Translations under genes and position numbers: made by a program
The notes under the pieces: generated by a model
What the model saw: only the letters and a program-made list of their open reading frames with translations
Databases searched by the model: none
What the model was told of the DNA's origin: nothing
Assembly (NCBI RefSeq): GCF_004010195.1
Contig: NW_025214637.1
Span: 1-47,825, forward strand
Source of the DNA: Chiloscyllium plagiosum
Taxonomy: Eukaryota
Direction of reading: 5' to 3'
Length of the DNA: 47,825 bases
Part shown: one piece after another, positions 1 through 11,596 of the stretch
Layout of the letters: each line of letters starts with the position of its first letter
Position numbering within the stretch: the first letter of the stretch is position 1

Positions 1-61
1 GTGTTTGATCAGCCCTGTGTCAGTGCATTGTTCAGTCTGCCCCATGAACTTCCTACTTGTT

Positions 62-293
62 ACAGAGTCAAACAGTCATAGAACTGTGCTGCATGGAAAC
101 AGACCGTTTGGTTCAACCCATCCATGCACACTTGGTATCGCAAATTAATGTCATCTACTTGCCACCACTTTGCCCATATCCCTCTTAACCTTTCATATTC
201 ATATGTCCATCCAGATGCCTTTTAAATGTTGTAATTGTAACGGCCTCCACCACTTTCTCTGGCAGCTCAGTTCATATGAACGCCACCCTCTAC
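62..293 (-). mobile_element. CR1-clade (HER1-like) LINE, 3' end
   Basis: Reverse complement matches the CR1 3' ends seen at 12153-12400, 31400-31698 and 46150-46376 (…acaattacaacatttaaaaggcatctggatgg…ggtctgtttccatgc…tatgact). Confidence 0.85.
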
Positions 294-497
294 ATGTGTG
301 CGTGGGTTTCTTCCGGGTGCTCCGGTTTCCTCCCACAGTCCAAAGATGTGCAGGTCAGGTGAATTGGCCATGCTAAATTGCCCGTAGTGTTAGGTAAGGG
401 GTAAATGTAGGGGTATGGGTGGGTTACGCTTCGGCGGGTCGGTGTGGACTTGTTGGGCCGAAGGGCCTGTTTCCACACTGTAATCTAATCTAATCTA
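294..497 (+). mobile_element. HE1-type (V-)SINE, 5'-truncated
   Basis: Near-identical to the 3' two-thirds of the full SINE at 20820-21146; ends gggcctgtttccacactgt(aatct)3. Confidence 0.93.
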
Positions 498-840
498 AAG
501 ACAAAAATATCCCAGAGAGTGGGCCAAAATGGTCGCTGTTAAACCATCACAGGAAGTGCACTTAAGAGAGACTGTTGAATTTTTACCTTGATTCCATTAT
601 TTTTCCATTTAACAATACGGGAGACTGTAATGTTAACATTTAATTCTTTTTTTTTTTTGTTTATCACTATGCTAAAACCAATGGGAATGTTTTACTTTTG
701 ACTTTGTTTCTCCATTAGTATGTGTACCAAAGATGGTACCATGTTTGGTGACATTAAAGACTTTTCACTGTAGTCCTGTACTTCTGTACTTGAGGACACG
801 TGATACTAAAGCTTAAATATAAAGATAAATCAAATATCAA
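498..840 (+). mobile_element. Probable non-LTR retroelement 3' UTR fragment
   Basis: Terminal cttttcactgta…cacgtgatactaaa…aaatcaaa resembles the Rex1/Babar-like 3' end at 30510-30550; it interrupts the CR1 copy. Confidence 0.35.
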
Positions 841-3320
841 ACACCTTCTTCACTACTACCTGTGACTCCACTTTCAAACATCTACAAACCTGTACTCTAA
901 GGTTCCTTTATTCAGCATCACTCTCGAGGACCATCCCATTAAGTGTACAATTCCTAATTTGCCTTTCCAAAATGCAGCACCTCATATTTATCTGCATTCC
1001 TCAGCCCACCGGCCACCTGATCAAGATCCCGTTGTACTTTGAGATAATCTTCTTGGCTGCCCACTTCACCACCAAGATTTGCATCATCTGCAAACTTATT
1101 AACCATCCCTCCTCTGTTCAAATTCAAATCATTCATATAAATGACAACAAAAAATGAACCCAGCATCCATCATTTCATGACACCGCTGGTCTCAGGGATC
1201 CAATCTGAAAAAGTAATCCTCTAACACTTACACATACAGACAGTTCTATATCTAAATGGCTAGTTCTCCCTATATTCCATGTGATCTGACCTTGCTAACC
1301 AGTCTCCCATGAGGAACCTTGTCTACCGCCTTACTGAAATCCATATAGATACGATCACGACTCTGCCCTCATCAATCTCTTCATTACTTCTTCAAAAATC
1401 TCAATTAAGTTAGTGAGACATGATTTTCTACACCCATACCTATGCTGACTATCCCTAACCAGTCCTTGCCTTTCCAAATACATGTCAATCCTATCCCTCA
1501 GGATCGCCTCCAACAACTTGCCCACCACTGATATAAGGGTCACGAGTCGCTGGACTTTTCCTTACCAAATTTCTTAAATATTGGCATCACATTCGCCAAC
1601 CTCCAATCTTCTGCCAACTCATCTGTGACTGTTGATGACACAAATATCTCAGCAAGGAGCCCAGAAATCACATTGTTAGCTGCCCACATTGTTCAAGGTA
1701 CACCTGAGGATTTATCCATTTTTATGTGTTTAAGATATCTGGCAGTTCCTCCTCTGTAATATGGACATTTTTCAAGATTATGTTATTTATTTTCTCAAGT
1801 CCTCTAGCTTTGACATCCTTCTCTACAGTAAGCACTGATGCAAACTGCTCATTTAGTATCGCTCTGCATTTCCTGCGGTTCCGCACAAAGGCAGTCTTAC
1901 TGTCTTATATGGTGCCCTATTCTTGTCTCGTTACTCTTTGGTCCCTAATTTATCTGCAGACTGAATTCTCCTTAGCCCTATCTCATGTCCCCTTTTTGTG
2001 CTCCTTATTTCCCAATTTCTCTAGTTATCCGACATTCCCTATACACGCCAGCCTGTATTGCATCCTCACAGGAACACATTGTCTCTGGACTCTCGTTATC
2101 TCATTTTTGAAGTTTTCCCAGTTTCCAGCCATCCCTTTATATACGAATATCTGTCCCAATAATTTTTTGAAAGTTCTTACCTAATGCCATCAAAATAGGC
2201 TTTCCTTTAATTTACAACGTTAACTTTCACGTCCAATCTATGCTTTTCCATTATTACTTTGAAACTAATAGAATTATGATCACTGAGCTGCAAGGTTCAT
2301 TTCCAGACGTTTCGTTACCCTACTAGGTAACATCTTCGGTGGGCCTCAAGCGAAGCAATATTGAAAATTCCTGCTTTCTATTTATTTGTTTGGGTTTCTT
2401 TGGGTTAGCGATGTCATTTTCTGTCGTGACGTATATCTTGTGATTAAGTCACGTCCTACTCCTTTTTTCAGGGGTTGATAGATGAGATAGAAACGTCTGG
2501 AAATGAACCTTGCAGCTCCGCAAGCAAACCTATATCCAGAACCCCATTCTGAGCGATATAATCTTATCAAAACTCGCTGACTACGATCAATGACCCAGAA
2601 CTCCTCCCCCACTGACACCTTGCTCACCTGCCCTGCCTTGTTTCCCAAACATAAGTAAAATGTTGCACCATCTCCAGTAGTTAATTTGACACACTGAATC
2701 AGAAATGTTTCTTGTTCACACTAAACAAATTTCTCTTCACCTAAGCCGTTAACACGACGACAGACACAGTCTGTGTTTGGAAAGTTAAAATCCCCTACCA
2801 TTACTATTCTTATGGCCTGATTGATAACAGAATTCCTGACACTTTTGATTCTCAATTTCCTGCTGACTCTTGGGGAAGTCTATAATAGAATTCTAATAAG
2901 GTGATTTCTTATTTCTCAGTTCCACCCAAAATAAATTTCCTGGGCACACCCATGGAGTATCCTCTCTCCGTACATCGGTAATGTCATTCCCAATTAAAAG
3001 TGACACACACCCCCTTTTTCACACCCCTTTCTATCCTTCCTATAGCATTTGTATCCTGAAACATTAAGCTATCAGTCCTGTCCATTCCTGAGCCACATTT
3101 CTGACATTGCTATGATATTGCAGTCTCATCTTCTTAACCTTGCACTGAGTTAATCTGCCTTCCCTAATAAGCCTCTTGCATTGAAGTAAATGAAGTTTAA
3201 TTTGTCAGTGCAATCTCATTCTCTGCTTTGTTCCTACCTGCACTTACTTTTTGATTTGCTCCTTTTCCCAACTGCAATAGTCTCAAACTGATCTTTTTCC
3301 TTACTATTTCACTGGGTCTC
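841..3320 (-). mobile_element. CR1-clade LINE ORF2 (APE + RT), decayed
   Basis: Minus-strand ORF fragments KFADDANLGGEV…QRDLD (RT YADD-type motif), SVVGKLLEAILRDRI…SQH…KSCLTNLIEIFEEV and AGQVSKVSVGEEF; APE start near 3200; many stops and frameshifts. Confidence 0.92.
2285..2581. mobile_element. Short Penelope-like element with inverted pseudo-LTR, inserted in CR1
   Basis: Perfect 29-bp inverted repeat gagctgcaaggttcatttccagacgtttc (2285-2313) / gaaacgtctggaaatgaaccttgcagctc (2490-2518); hammerhead-like motif on minus strand 2303-2341; imperfect TSD tatgatcactga/tacgatcaatga; same family as the pLTR at 38545-38620. Confidence 0.75.
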
Positions 3321-3369
3321 ATCCTTGGAGGTGATTTCCTCGAATTCCAGGAGCAGCAATTACTATTGT

Positions 3370-3689
3370 TTAGATTCGATTACTTACTGTGTGGAAACAG
3401 GCCATTTGGCCCAACAAGTCCACACCAACCCTCCGAAGTGCAACCCACCCAGACCCATTCCCCTACATTTACCCCTTCGCCTAACACTACGGACAATTTA
3501 GCATAGCCAATTCACCTAACCTGCACATTTTTTGGACTGTGGGAGGAAACCGGAGCACCCGGAGGAAACCCACGCAGACACAGGGAGAATGTGCAAACTC
3601 CACACAGACAGTCGCCTGAGGCGGGAATTGAACCCGGGTCTCTGGCGCTGTGAGGCAGCAGTGCTGACCACTGTGCCACCGTGCCGCCC
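3370..3689 (-). mobile_element. HE1-type (V-)SINE, full length
   Basis: Reverse complement begins gggcggcacggtggcacagtgg (A box), has ggttcaattccc (B box), the conserved central domain and a CR1-like 3' tail. Confidence 0.95.
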
Positions 3690-3801
3690 AGTTGTATATG
3701 CTGTTGCATTGTTTTGGAACTTTGTGAAAAAAAAGTCAAAACAACAGCAGTTTACAATGGAGAAGAGCAGACAAAGGAAGCAAATGGTGAGGACAGTGCA
3801 G

Positions 3802-3829
3802 GAGAGAGAGAGAGAGAGAGAGAGAGAGA
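3802..3829 (+). repeat. (GA)n microsatellite
   Basis: About 14 GA units. Confidence 0.95.
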
Positions 3830-4174
3830 ACCTGCACTGTTACTGCCTTTGCTGATTGAATTAGTGTATCGCTGGACTTCGGAGTGCATCTGGGAAAATG
3901 AACAAACAGTGAAATCCACAACTAATCTTGGAGGGACTGTTGGGCGAAGTTCACAGCACAGAATCAGATAAGTTAATTGTTGTTTCAAGTCTGTCCAAGA
4001 GAAAGGCTGCAGTACTGGGTACAGTGGATTCTTTCTTGATTATATGTTTGAGGAGATTAGTCTCTTGATTAAACTTAAAATATAAGCCATAGCTATTAAT
4101 TTAACCTGTGGCAGTGTTTGTAGAGGAATAAGACAGTGTTATTTTCTGGGTCTGTAGATTGTGAAGGAGCAGAA

Positions 4175-5063
4175 ACGGCCTTTACAGTGATATGTACTTC
4201 TTGTCAGATGTGGGAGTTTAAAGAGAGTTTAAGGGTTACTGCGGATTATATCTGCCATAAATGCTTTTAGGTGCAAATCTTATCAGGTCGAGTGGATCGG
4301 TTTTGTGATGGATGGCAGTTATAGAAAGGGGGGCAAGTCTCAGGCACAGTCACATAGATGGGTTAACTCCAGGAAGGGTAAGAGAGTTAGGCAACGAGAG
4401 CAGGAGTCTTTTGTGCATATACCCATTTCAAACAGGTATGCTGTTTTGGAAAATGTAGGGGGTGATGGATTCTCAGGGAAACGTAGCACAAACAGCCAAG
4501 TTTCTGGTATTGAGACTGGCTCTAATGCAACAAGGGGTATATCGGCTTCCAAGAGATTAATTGTGTTAGGGGATTCTATACTCAGAGGTCCAGACAGACG
4601 TTTCTGTGGCCAGCAGAGAAAAAGCAGAACGGTGTGTTGTTTCCCTGGTGCCAGGATCAAGGATGTCTCAGAGAGGGTGCAGAATGTTCTCTTGGGGGAG
4701 AGGGGCCAGCAAGAGGTCATTATCCACATTGGAACCAACGATATTGGAAGGGAAAAGTTTGAGATTCTGAAGGGAGATTACAGAGAGTTAGGTAGAAATT
4801 TAAAACGGAGGTGCTCAAGGGTAGTAATATCTGGATTACTCCCAGTGCTACGAGCTAGTGAGGGCAGGAATAGGAGGATAGAGCAGATGAATGCATGGCT
4901 GAGGAGCTGGTGTATGGGAGAAGGATTGACATTTTTTGATCATTGGAATCACTTTTGGGGTAGAAGTGATCTGTACAAGAAGGACGAATTGCACCTAACT
5001 TGGAAGGGAACTAATATACTGGCAGGGAAATTTGCTAGAATTGCTTGGGAGGATTTAAACTAG
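4175..5063 (+). pseudogene. CR1 ORF1: CxxC…CxxC zinc-binding region plus SGNH/GDSL esterase domain
   Basis: Frame from 4175 reads (T)AFTVICTSCQMWEF…YICHKCF* (start ATG>ACG, stop 4268-4270). ORF 4305-5063 has SGNH blocks IVLGDSI, CFPGA, HIGTND and DELH (normally DGLH). Confidence 0.88.
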
Positions 5064-5190
5064 TACGGTGGGTGGGGGGGTCGGTAGGACCCAGGGAGAT
5101 AGTGAGGAAAGAGATCGATCTGAGACGGGTAAAGCTGAGAACAGACGTGAGTCAAACTGTCAAGGCAAGCAGGGACAAGGTAGGATTAAT

Positions 5191-5521
5191 AAATTAAACT
5201 GCATTTATGTCAATGCAAGGGGTCTAACAGGGAAGGCAGATGAACCCAGAGCATGGTTAGGAACATGGGACTGGGATATCATAGCAATTACGGAAGCATG
5301 GCTCAGGGATGGGCAGGACTGGCAGCTGAATGTTCCAGGATACAAATGCTACAGGAAGGATAGAAAGGGAGGTAAAAAGGAGGGGGAGTGGCATTTTTGA
5401 TAAGGGATAGCATTACAGCTGCGCTAAGGGAGGATATTCCTGGAAATACATCGAGGTTATTTGTGTGGAACTGAGAAATAAGAAAGGGATGATCACCTTA
5501 TTGGGATTGTACTATAGACCC
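5191..5521 (+). pseudogene. CR1 ORF2 N-terminal AP-endonuclease fragment
   Basis: KLNCIYVNARGL…DIIAITEAWL…PGYKCYRKDR, then a frameshift; truncated. Confidence 0.88.
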
Positions 5522-8500
5522 TGTATGCATGGAGTGTTAGTCTAACTTGTCTTATTAGCTGAGCGGTTCCAAAAACGGCCTATACTCCGCTGTAATATTC
5601 TATGTTGTCTTACTTGAACTTCCTGTATTGGCCGAGCATTTCCACGAAGCATTTTTGCTGCAATGTAATGCTCTTTGTTCGATGAGTCTAACTTCCTTTA
5701 TTTGCTGAGCAATTCCAAAAAAGGCCTGCACTGCGCTGTAAAGTTCTATTTCCTATGAATATAATGATCATAATTAGCCGAGCTGTTCCCTAAAGGGCCT
5801 GTACTGCATTGTCATGTTCTATGTTCTATGAGTCTAACTTCCTTTGTCAGCCAACCGGTTCCATAAATGTCCTGTAATGTGCTGTAATGTTCTATGTTCT
5901 ACGTGTCTAACTTCCGGTATTAGAAGAGTGGTTTCATAAAGGGCGTGTACTGCGCTGCCACGTTGCATGTTGAATTAGTCTAACGTCCTTTGTCAGTCGA
6001 GCTGTCCCATAAAGGGTGTGCACTGCATTATAATGTTCCATATTCTGAGTCTAACTTCCTTTATTAGTTGAGCGGTTTCATAAAGGGCCTATACTGCGCT
6101 GTCATGTTCTCTGTTCTATGAATCTAACTTCCTTTATTAGCTGAGCTGTTCCATAAAGCTCTGTACTGCACTGTAATGTTCTACGTTGTATTAGTCAAAT
6201 GTCCACTATTAGCCGAGTGGTTCCATAAATGGCCTGTGCTGCGCTGTAGTGCTGTATGTTCTATGAGTCAACTTTCCTTTATGAGCCCAGCGGTTCCATA
6301 AAGGGCCTGTACTGCGTTGTATTGCTCTATAGAGCATTAGTCTAACTTCCTTAATTTGCCAAGAGGTTCCGTAAGTGGCCTGTGCTGCGCCGAACAGTTC
6401 ATTAATAGCCTAGACTGCGCTGTGATGGTTTATGCTTCATTAGTCTAACTTCCTCTATTCGCTGAGCGGTTCCATAAATGGCCTGTACTGCGCTGTAATG
6501 TTGTATGTTCTATGAGTCTAATTTCCTTTCTTAGCCAAGCGCTTCCATAAAGGGATAGTACTGCACTGTCATGTTCTGTGTTGTATTAGTCTAACTTCTT
6601 TAATTATCCGATCAGTTCCATACAGGGCCTGTACTGTGCTGTATTACTCTACATTCTATGAGACTAACTTCCTTTATTAGCCAATTGGTTCCATAAACGG
6701 CCTGTATTCCACTGTCAAATTCTTTGTTGCTTTAGTTAAACTTAATTTATTAGCCAAGTGGTTCCATATTGAGTCTGCACTGCGCTGTACTGTTCTATGT
6801 TCTATGAGTCTAACTTCCTTTATTAGCCATGCAGTTCCATAAATGGTCTGTATTGCGCTGACAATTCTATGTTGTATTAGTCAAACTTCCTTTATTAGCC
6901 GAGCAGTTCCATAAAGGGCCTGTACTGATTTGTTATGCTCCATGTTCTGTGTCTAATTTCCTTTATTAGTCAAGCCGTTCCACAAAATGGCCTGTACTGC
7001 GGTGTAATGTTCTATGTTGCATCAGTCTAACTCCCTTCATTAGCCGAGCAGTTCCATTAGGGGCCTGTACTGCATTGTAACGTTCTATGTTGTGTATTAG
7101 TCCAACTTCCTTTATGAGCCGAACGATTCCATAAAGGGCTTTACTGCGCTGTAATGCTCCATGTTCTATGAGTCAAACTTCCTTTATTAGCCAAGCATTT
7201 CCATAAAGGGCCTGTACTGCGCTGTAACGTTGTATGTTGCGTTAGTCTGGCTTCCCCTACTGGCTGAGGGGTTTCAGAAAGAGCCTTGAACTGCATTTTA
7301 ATGTTCTATGTTCTGTCAGTATAACTTTCATTATTCGCCAAGCAGTTCCATAAAGGGACTGTACTGTGCTGTCATATTCTATGCTATATTAGTCTCACTT
7401 CCTTAATCAGCCGAGTGGTTCCATCAAGGGCTTGTAATACGCTGTAATGTTACATGTTGTATTAGTCTAACTTCCTTTATTAGCAGAGGGAGTTGTATAA
7501 AGAACCTGGATTACCCTGCAATTATATATGTTGTATTAGTCTAAGGTCCAGTATTAGCCGAGCAGTTCCATAAAGAGTCTATACTGCGCTGTCATATTCT
7601 ATGCTGTATTAGTCTCACTTCATTTTTTTTGCCAAGTAGTTCCATTCGTACCTGTCCTGCGCTGTAATGTTCTAGTTGTATTACTCTAATGTCTGTTACT
7701 GGCTGAGCGCTTTCATGAAGGGCTTGTATTGCACTGTAATGTTCTATGTTCTATAAGTCTAACTTCCTTTTTTAGCCGAACCATTCCATGAAGGGCCTAT
7801 GCTGTGCTATAACGTTATATGCTGCATTAGTCTGGCTTCCTCTACTGGCTGATGGGTTCCAGAAAGAGCCTGAACTGCAATTTAATGTTCTATGTTCTGT
7901 CAGTATAACTTTCATTATTCGCCAAGCAGTTCCATAAAGGGACTGTACTGTGCTGTCATATTCTATGCTATATTAGTCTCACTTCATTTTTTTTGCCAAG
8001 TAGTTCCATTCGTACTTGTCCTGCGCTGTAATGTTCTAATGTCTGTTACTGGCTGAGCAGTTCCATGAAGGGCCTGTATTGCACTGTAATGTTTTATCAA
8101 CCTAACTTCCTTTATTAGCCGAACCATTCCATGAAGGGCCTATGCTGTGCTATAACGTTATATGCTGCATTAGTCTGGCTTCCTCTACTGGCTGATGGGT
8201 TCCAGAAAGAGCCTGAACTGCAATTTAATGTTCTATGTTCTGTCAGTATAACTTTCATTATTCGCCAAGCAGTTCCATAAAGGGACTGTACTGTGCTGTC
8301 ATATTCTATGCTGTATTAGTGTCACTTCATTTTTTTTGCCAAGTAGTTCCATTCGTACCTGTCCTGCGCTGTAAAGTTCTATGTTGTATTACTCTAATGT
8401 CGGTTACTGGCTGAGCAGTTCCATGAAGGGCCTGTATTGCACTGTAATGTTTTATCAACCTAACTTCCTTTATTAGCCGAACCATTCCATGAAGGGCCTG

Positions 8501-8898
8501 TGCTATGCTGTAATATGTTGTATTAGTCTAACTTCCTTTATTAGCTGACAGGTTCTATAAAGGGCCTGTACTGCGGTGTAATTATGTCTGTTGTGTTAGT
8601 CTAACCCCCGTTATTAGCCGAGCGGTTCCATTAACCGCCTGTCCTGTGCTATAACGTTCTATGTTGAATTAGTGCAACTTCCTTTATGAGCCGAGCGATT
8701 CCATAAAGGGCCAGTACTGCACTGCGATGTTCTATGTTCTATGAGTCTAATTGCCTTAATCAGCTGAGCGGTTCTACAAAGAGACTGTACTGTGCCGTAA
8801 TGTTGTATGTTGCATTGGTCTATCTTCCTTTACTAGCTGAGTGATTCCAAAAAAGGTCTGTACGGCGCTGTCATAATCTAGTTGTATTAGTTTAATAT

Positions 8899-9160
8899 GA
8901 GAAAGTGAGGACTGCAGATGCTGGAGATCAGAGCTTAAAAATGTATTGCTGGAAAAGCGCAGCAGGTCAGGCAGCATCAAAGGAACAGGAGAATTGACGT
9001 TTCGGGCATAAGCCCTTCTTCTGGTAGTCCATGCGGGGTCAGTCAGTTCGGTCAGCAGGGGATGAGGAAGAAGATGTGGCTGTGGTAAACGTCGATACTC
9101 CTGTTGCTTTGATGCTGCCTGACCTGCTGCGCTTTTCCAGCAACACATTTTTAAGCTCTG
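8899..9160 (-). mobile_element. Non-autonomous Penelope-like element with inverted pseudo-LTRs, inserted in satellite
   Basis: Arms 8929-9001 and 9088-9158 are inverted copies of the pLTR also found at 32946, 42952 and 43620-43747. Confidence 0.85.
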
Positions 9161-9311
9161 TATGCATCTAATATCCTTTATGAGCCTAGCAGTTCATAAA
9201 GGGCCTGTATTGCGTTGTAATATTCTATGTTCTATGAGTCCATACTCCTTTATTAGCTGAGTTGTTCCATAAAGGGCCTGTCCTGCACTGTAATGTTCTA
9301 TGTTGTATTAG

Positions 9312-9660
9312 GAGAAAGTGAGGACTGCAGATGCTGGAGACCAGAGTTGAAAAGTGTGGTACTGGAAAAACACAGCAGGCTATTCAGCATCCGAGGAGCA
9401 GGAGAATCGACGTTTTGGGCATAAGCCCTTCTTCTGGGTGTCCCTGCTGGGTCAGTCGGTTCCATCGGCTGGTGCTGAGGAAGGAGATGTGGCTGTGGTA
9501 GCGAGTCTGTTTCAGGACGTGGCTGAAGAGCTTCAGGGCTGAGGCGATGACCTGAGGGGTGCAGTGAGATAGGGACTCACTGAGATCCTTGTAGAGGGAG
9601 GACGAGAGCTTCTTCAAGCTAGGCAGCCTTGCAAGAGGATTCGCAGATGGTTAAGATCAA
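9312..9660 (-). mobile_element. Internally deleted Penelope-like element inserted in satellite
   Basis: pLTR 9312-9434 joined to a putative PLE 5' coding start (minus ORF KKLSSSLYKDLSESLSHCTPQVI…RYHSHISFL); 14-bp TSD ctatgttgtat(t/c)ag at 9298-9311 and 9661-9674. Confidence 0.8.
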
Positions 9661-10809
9661 CTATGTTGTATCAGTCTAACTTCTTTTATTAACTGAGCGG
9701 TTCCATCAAGGGCCTGTCCTGCTCTGTAATGTTCTATGTTGTATTAGTCCAGCTTCCTTTATGAGCACAGCGATTCCAAAAAGGGCCTGTACTGCACTGT
9801 AATGTTCTATGTTCGATGAATCTTATTTCCTTTATTTGCCAAGCAGTTCTATAAAGGATCTGTACTGCAATGTAATGTTCCATGTTCTATGAGTCTAACT
9901 TCCTTTATTCATCGAGCGGTTATATAACGGGTGTGTTCTGCACTGTAATGTTCTATGTTGTATTAGCCACATGTCTGGTATTAGCCAAGTGGTTCCATAA
10001 AGGGCCTGTACTGTGCTGCAATGTTCTATGATTCTATCTTGCTTTGTTAGCTGAGCATTTCCATAAAGGGCCTTTCCTGCGCAGTCATGTTCTGTGTTGT
10101 TATTAGTCTAACGTCCGTTTTTAGCCGAGTGGTTCCATAAAGTGCCTGTGCTGTGCTGTAATGTTGTATTTTCTATGGGTCTAACTTCCTTTATTAGCTG
10201 AGTGGTTCCATAAAGGGTCTGTACGGCGCTGCCATGTGTCTAACTTGTTTTATTAGCCGAGCAGTTCTATAAAAGGACTGTATTGCACTGTAATGTAATA
10301 CGTTCTCTGAGTCTAACATTCTTTATTAGCTGAGCGGACCTATAAAAGGCCTCTACGGTTCTGTAATGGTCTATGTTGCATGAGTCTAATTTCCCTTATT
10401 AGCAAATGATTCCATAAAGGACCTGTTCAATATTGTATTAGTCTTACGTCCTTTAATAGTTGAGCGGTTCCATAATGGGAATGTACTGTGCTGTAATGTT
10501 CTATGTGGTCGTGGTTTAACTTCCATTTTAGCCGAGCTGTTCCATAAAGGGCCTGTTCTGTGCTTTAATGTTCTATGTTGTAACAGTCTAACTTCCATTA
10601 TGAGCTGAGCGGTTCAGTAAAGTACTGCGCTGTAATCGTAAGGAAGATCATGCTGAGTAGATGGATTCTAGCGAAAATCAGTTGAGCAGGTAGGTACGGG
10701 GGATGATCAGTTTGCTGAATAGACATTGTCCATAAAATGCAAAGCAACATTTTTCAGCAATAATATAGATGCCCTGAAGCTGTTTTTGCATTCATATTTG
10801 TAAATCTGT

Positions 10810-10985
10810 ATTCTTGGAATTTGGGATTCATTGCCAAGACCAGCAGATGTCCCCATTCCCCAGGTGTTTGTGGGGAACATGGTATTTAACCTTTGACTAG
10901 CTGCAATATGTGTGGTGAAAGTGGTTCCACAATGCTGTTAGGTCAGGACCTATAGGTTATTCAACCAGTGGTGATGAAAGAGCAT
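10810..10985 (-). mobile_element. Old LINE 3' fragment
   Basis: Degenerate match (from recall of shark repeats) to a common LINE 3' end: …tgtggtg…cacaatgctgttagg…; no ORF left. Confidence 0.35.
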
Positions 10986-11254
10986 CATCTGTCCAGATCT
11001 ACAAACCCCTTCATCTCAGTCTGGTCCCAAAGAACACAGCCTCGTGTGTAGGCCCACATCAAGGGGAAGGATACCTTCACTAAAAGGCATTGGTCAATCA
11101 GTTGGGCTCTTTTTTTAATGACAATCAGCAGCTCCTGCGGTTGCTTCATTTAAGTTCTGATCCCACTAATTATCTGGTTCATTCATCGCAGTTTCACAAC
11201 TTGTGTAGGTGTTTTTTGTAAATTCTCTCTCACACTTCTTTTTAATACATTCAT

Positions 11255-11562
11255 GGTATGGGGACCCCGCTGAGGATGTGAGGATATGATGTCCCTTCCG
11301 AATTTCCCCAGAGGGCAGGTCTGGATTCATATGGAGGACAGACCAGTGGTGGATGGCAGATTTCCTCCACAAAAGCAATTTTGTTAACCAGATGGGGGTT
11401 TCTGACAAGCAGCAATGGTTTCATGACCATTTGATGCTTTATCCCAGGTTTTCAATGCAAATAGATTTCACCTACGTCATAGCAGGATTTAATCCAGGTC
11501 CCCAGAACATCACCTGGCTCTCTGGATTAATAGTCTCATGATAATACCACAATGCCATCACA
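11255..11562 (-). mobile_element. tRNA-derived SINE of a second, older family
   Basis: gatggcagatttcct…aaccagatggg…gacaa central motif; tRNA-like head at the right end (ggatttaatccaggtccccagaac…ataataccac); related fragments at 11065-11160 and 38335-38480. Confidence 0.6.
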
Positions 11563-11596
11563 TCGCTGTTATAATAAAGTTTCAAATAATTTACAG

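Larger units (their letters stand above)
3830..5521 (+). mobile_element. CR1-clade LINE 5' half (5' UTR, ORF1, start of ORF2), truncated at satellite junction
   Basis: ORF1 zinc-finger and esterase followed by the ORF2 APE start; LINE sequence stops at ttgtactatagacc (YYRP motif), where the 73-bp satellite begins. Confidence 0.92.
5522..10636 (+). repeat. Satellite array, 73-bp monomer (~60 copies)
   Basis: Consensus tagtctaacttcctttattagccgagcggttccataaagggcctgtactgcgctgtaatgttctatgttgtat; the agtctaac anchor recurs at 5831, 5904 and 5977 (period 73). Confidence 0.96.

Noticed and set aside
290..478. Recurrent small ORFs containing DCGRKPEHPEETHADT (also at 3532, 20681 and 31721)
   Set aside because: Antisense translation of the HE1-type SINE, not a protein family.
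5522..10636. CRISPR array or tRNA gene cluster (73-bp period, A-box-like motif)
   Set aside because: There are no unique spacers, since whole monomers repeat. There is no cloverleaf and no consistent GTTCRANNC B box, the context is eukaryotic, and no cas genes are present.
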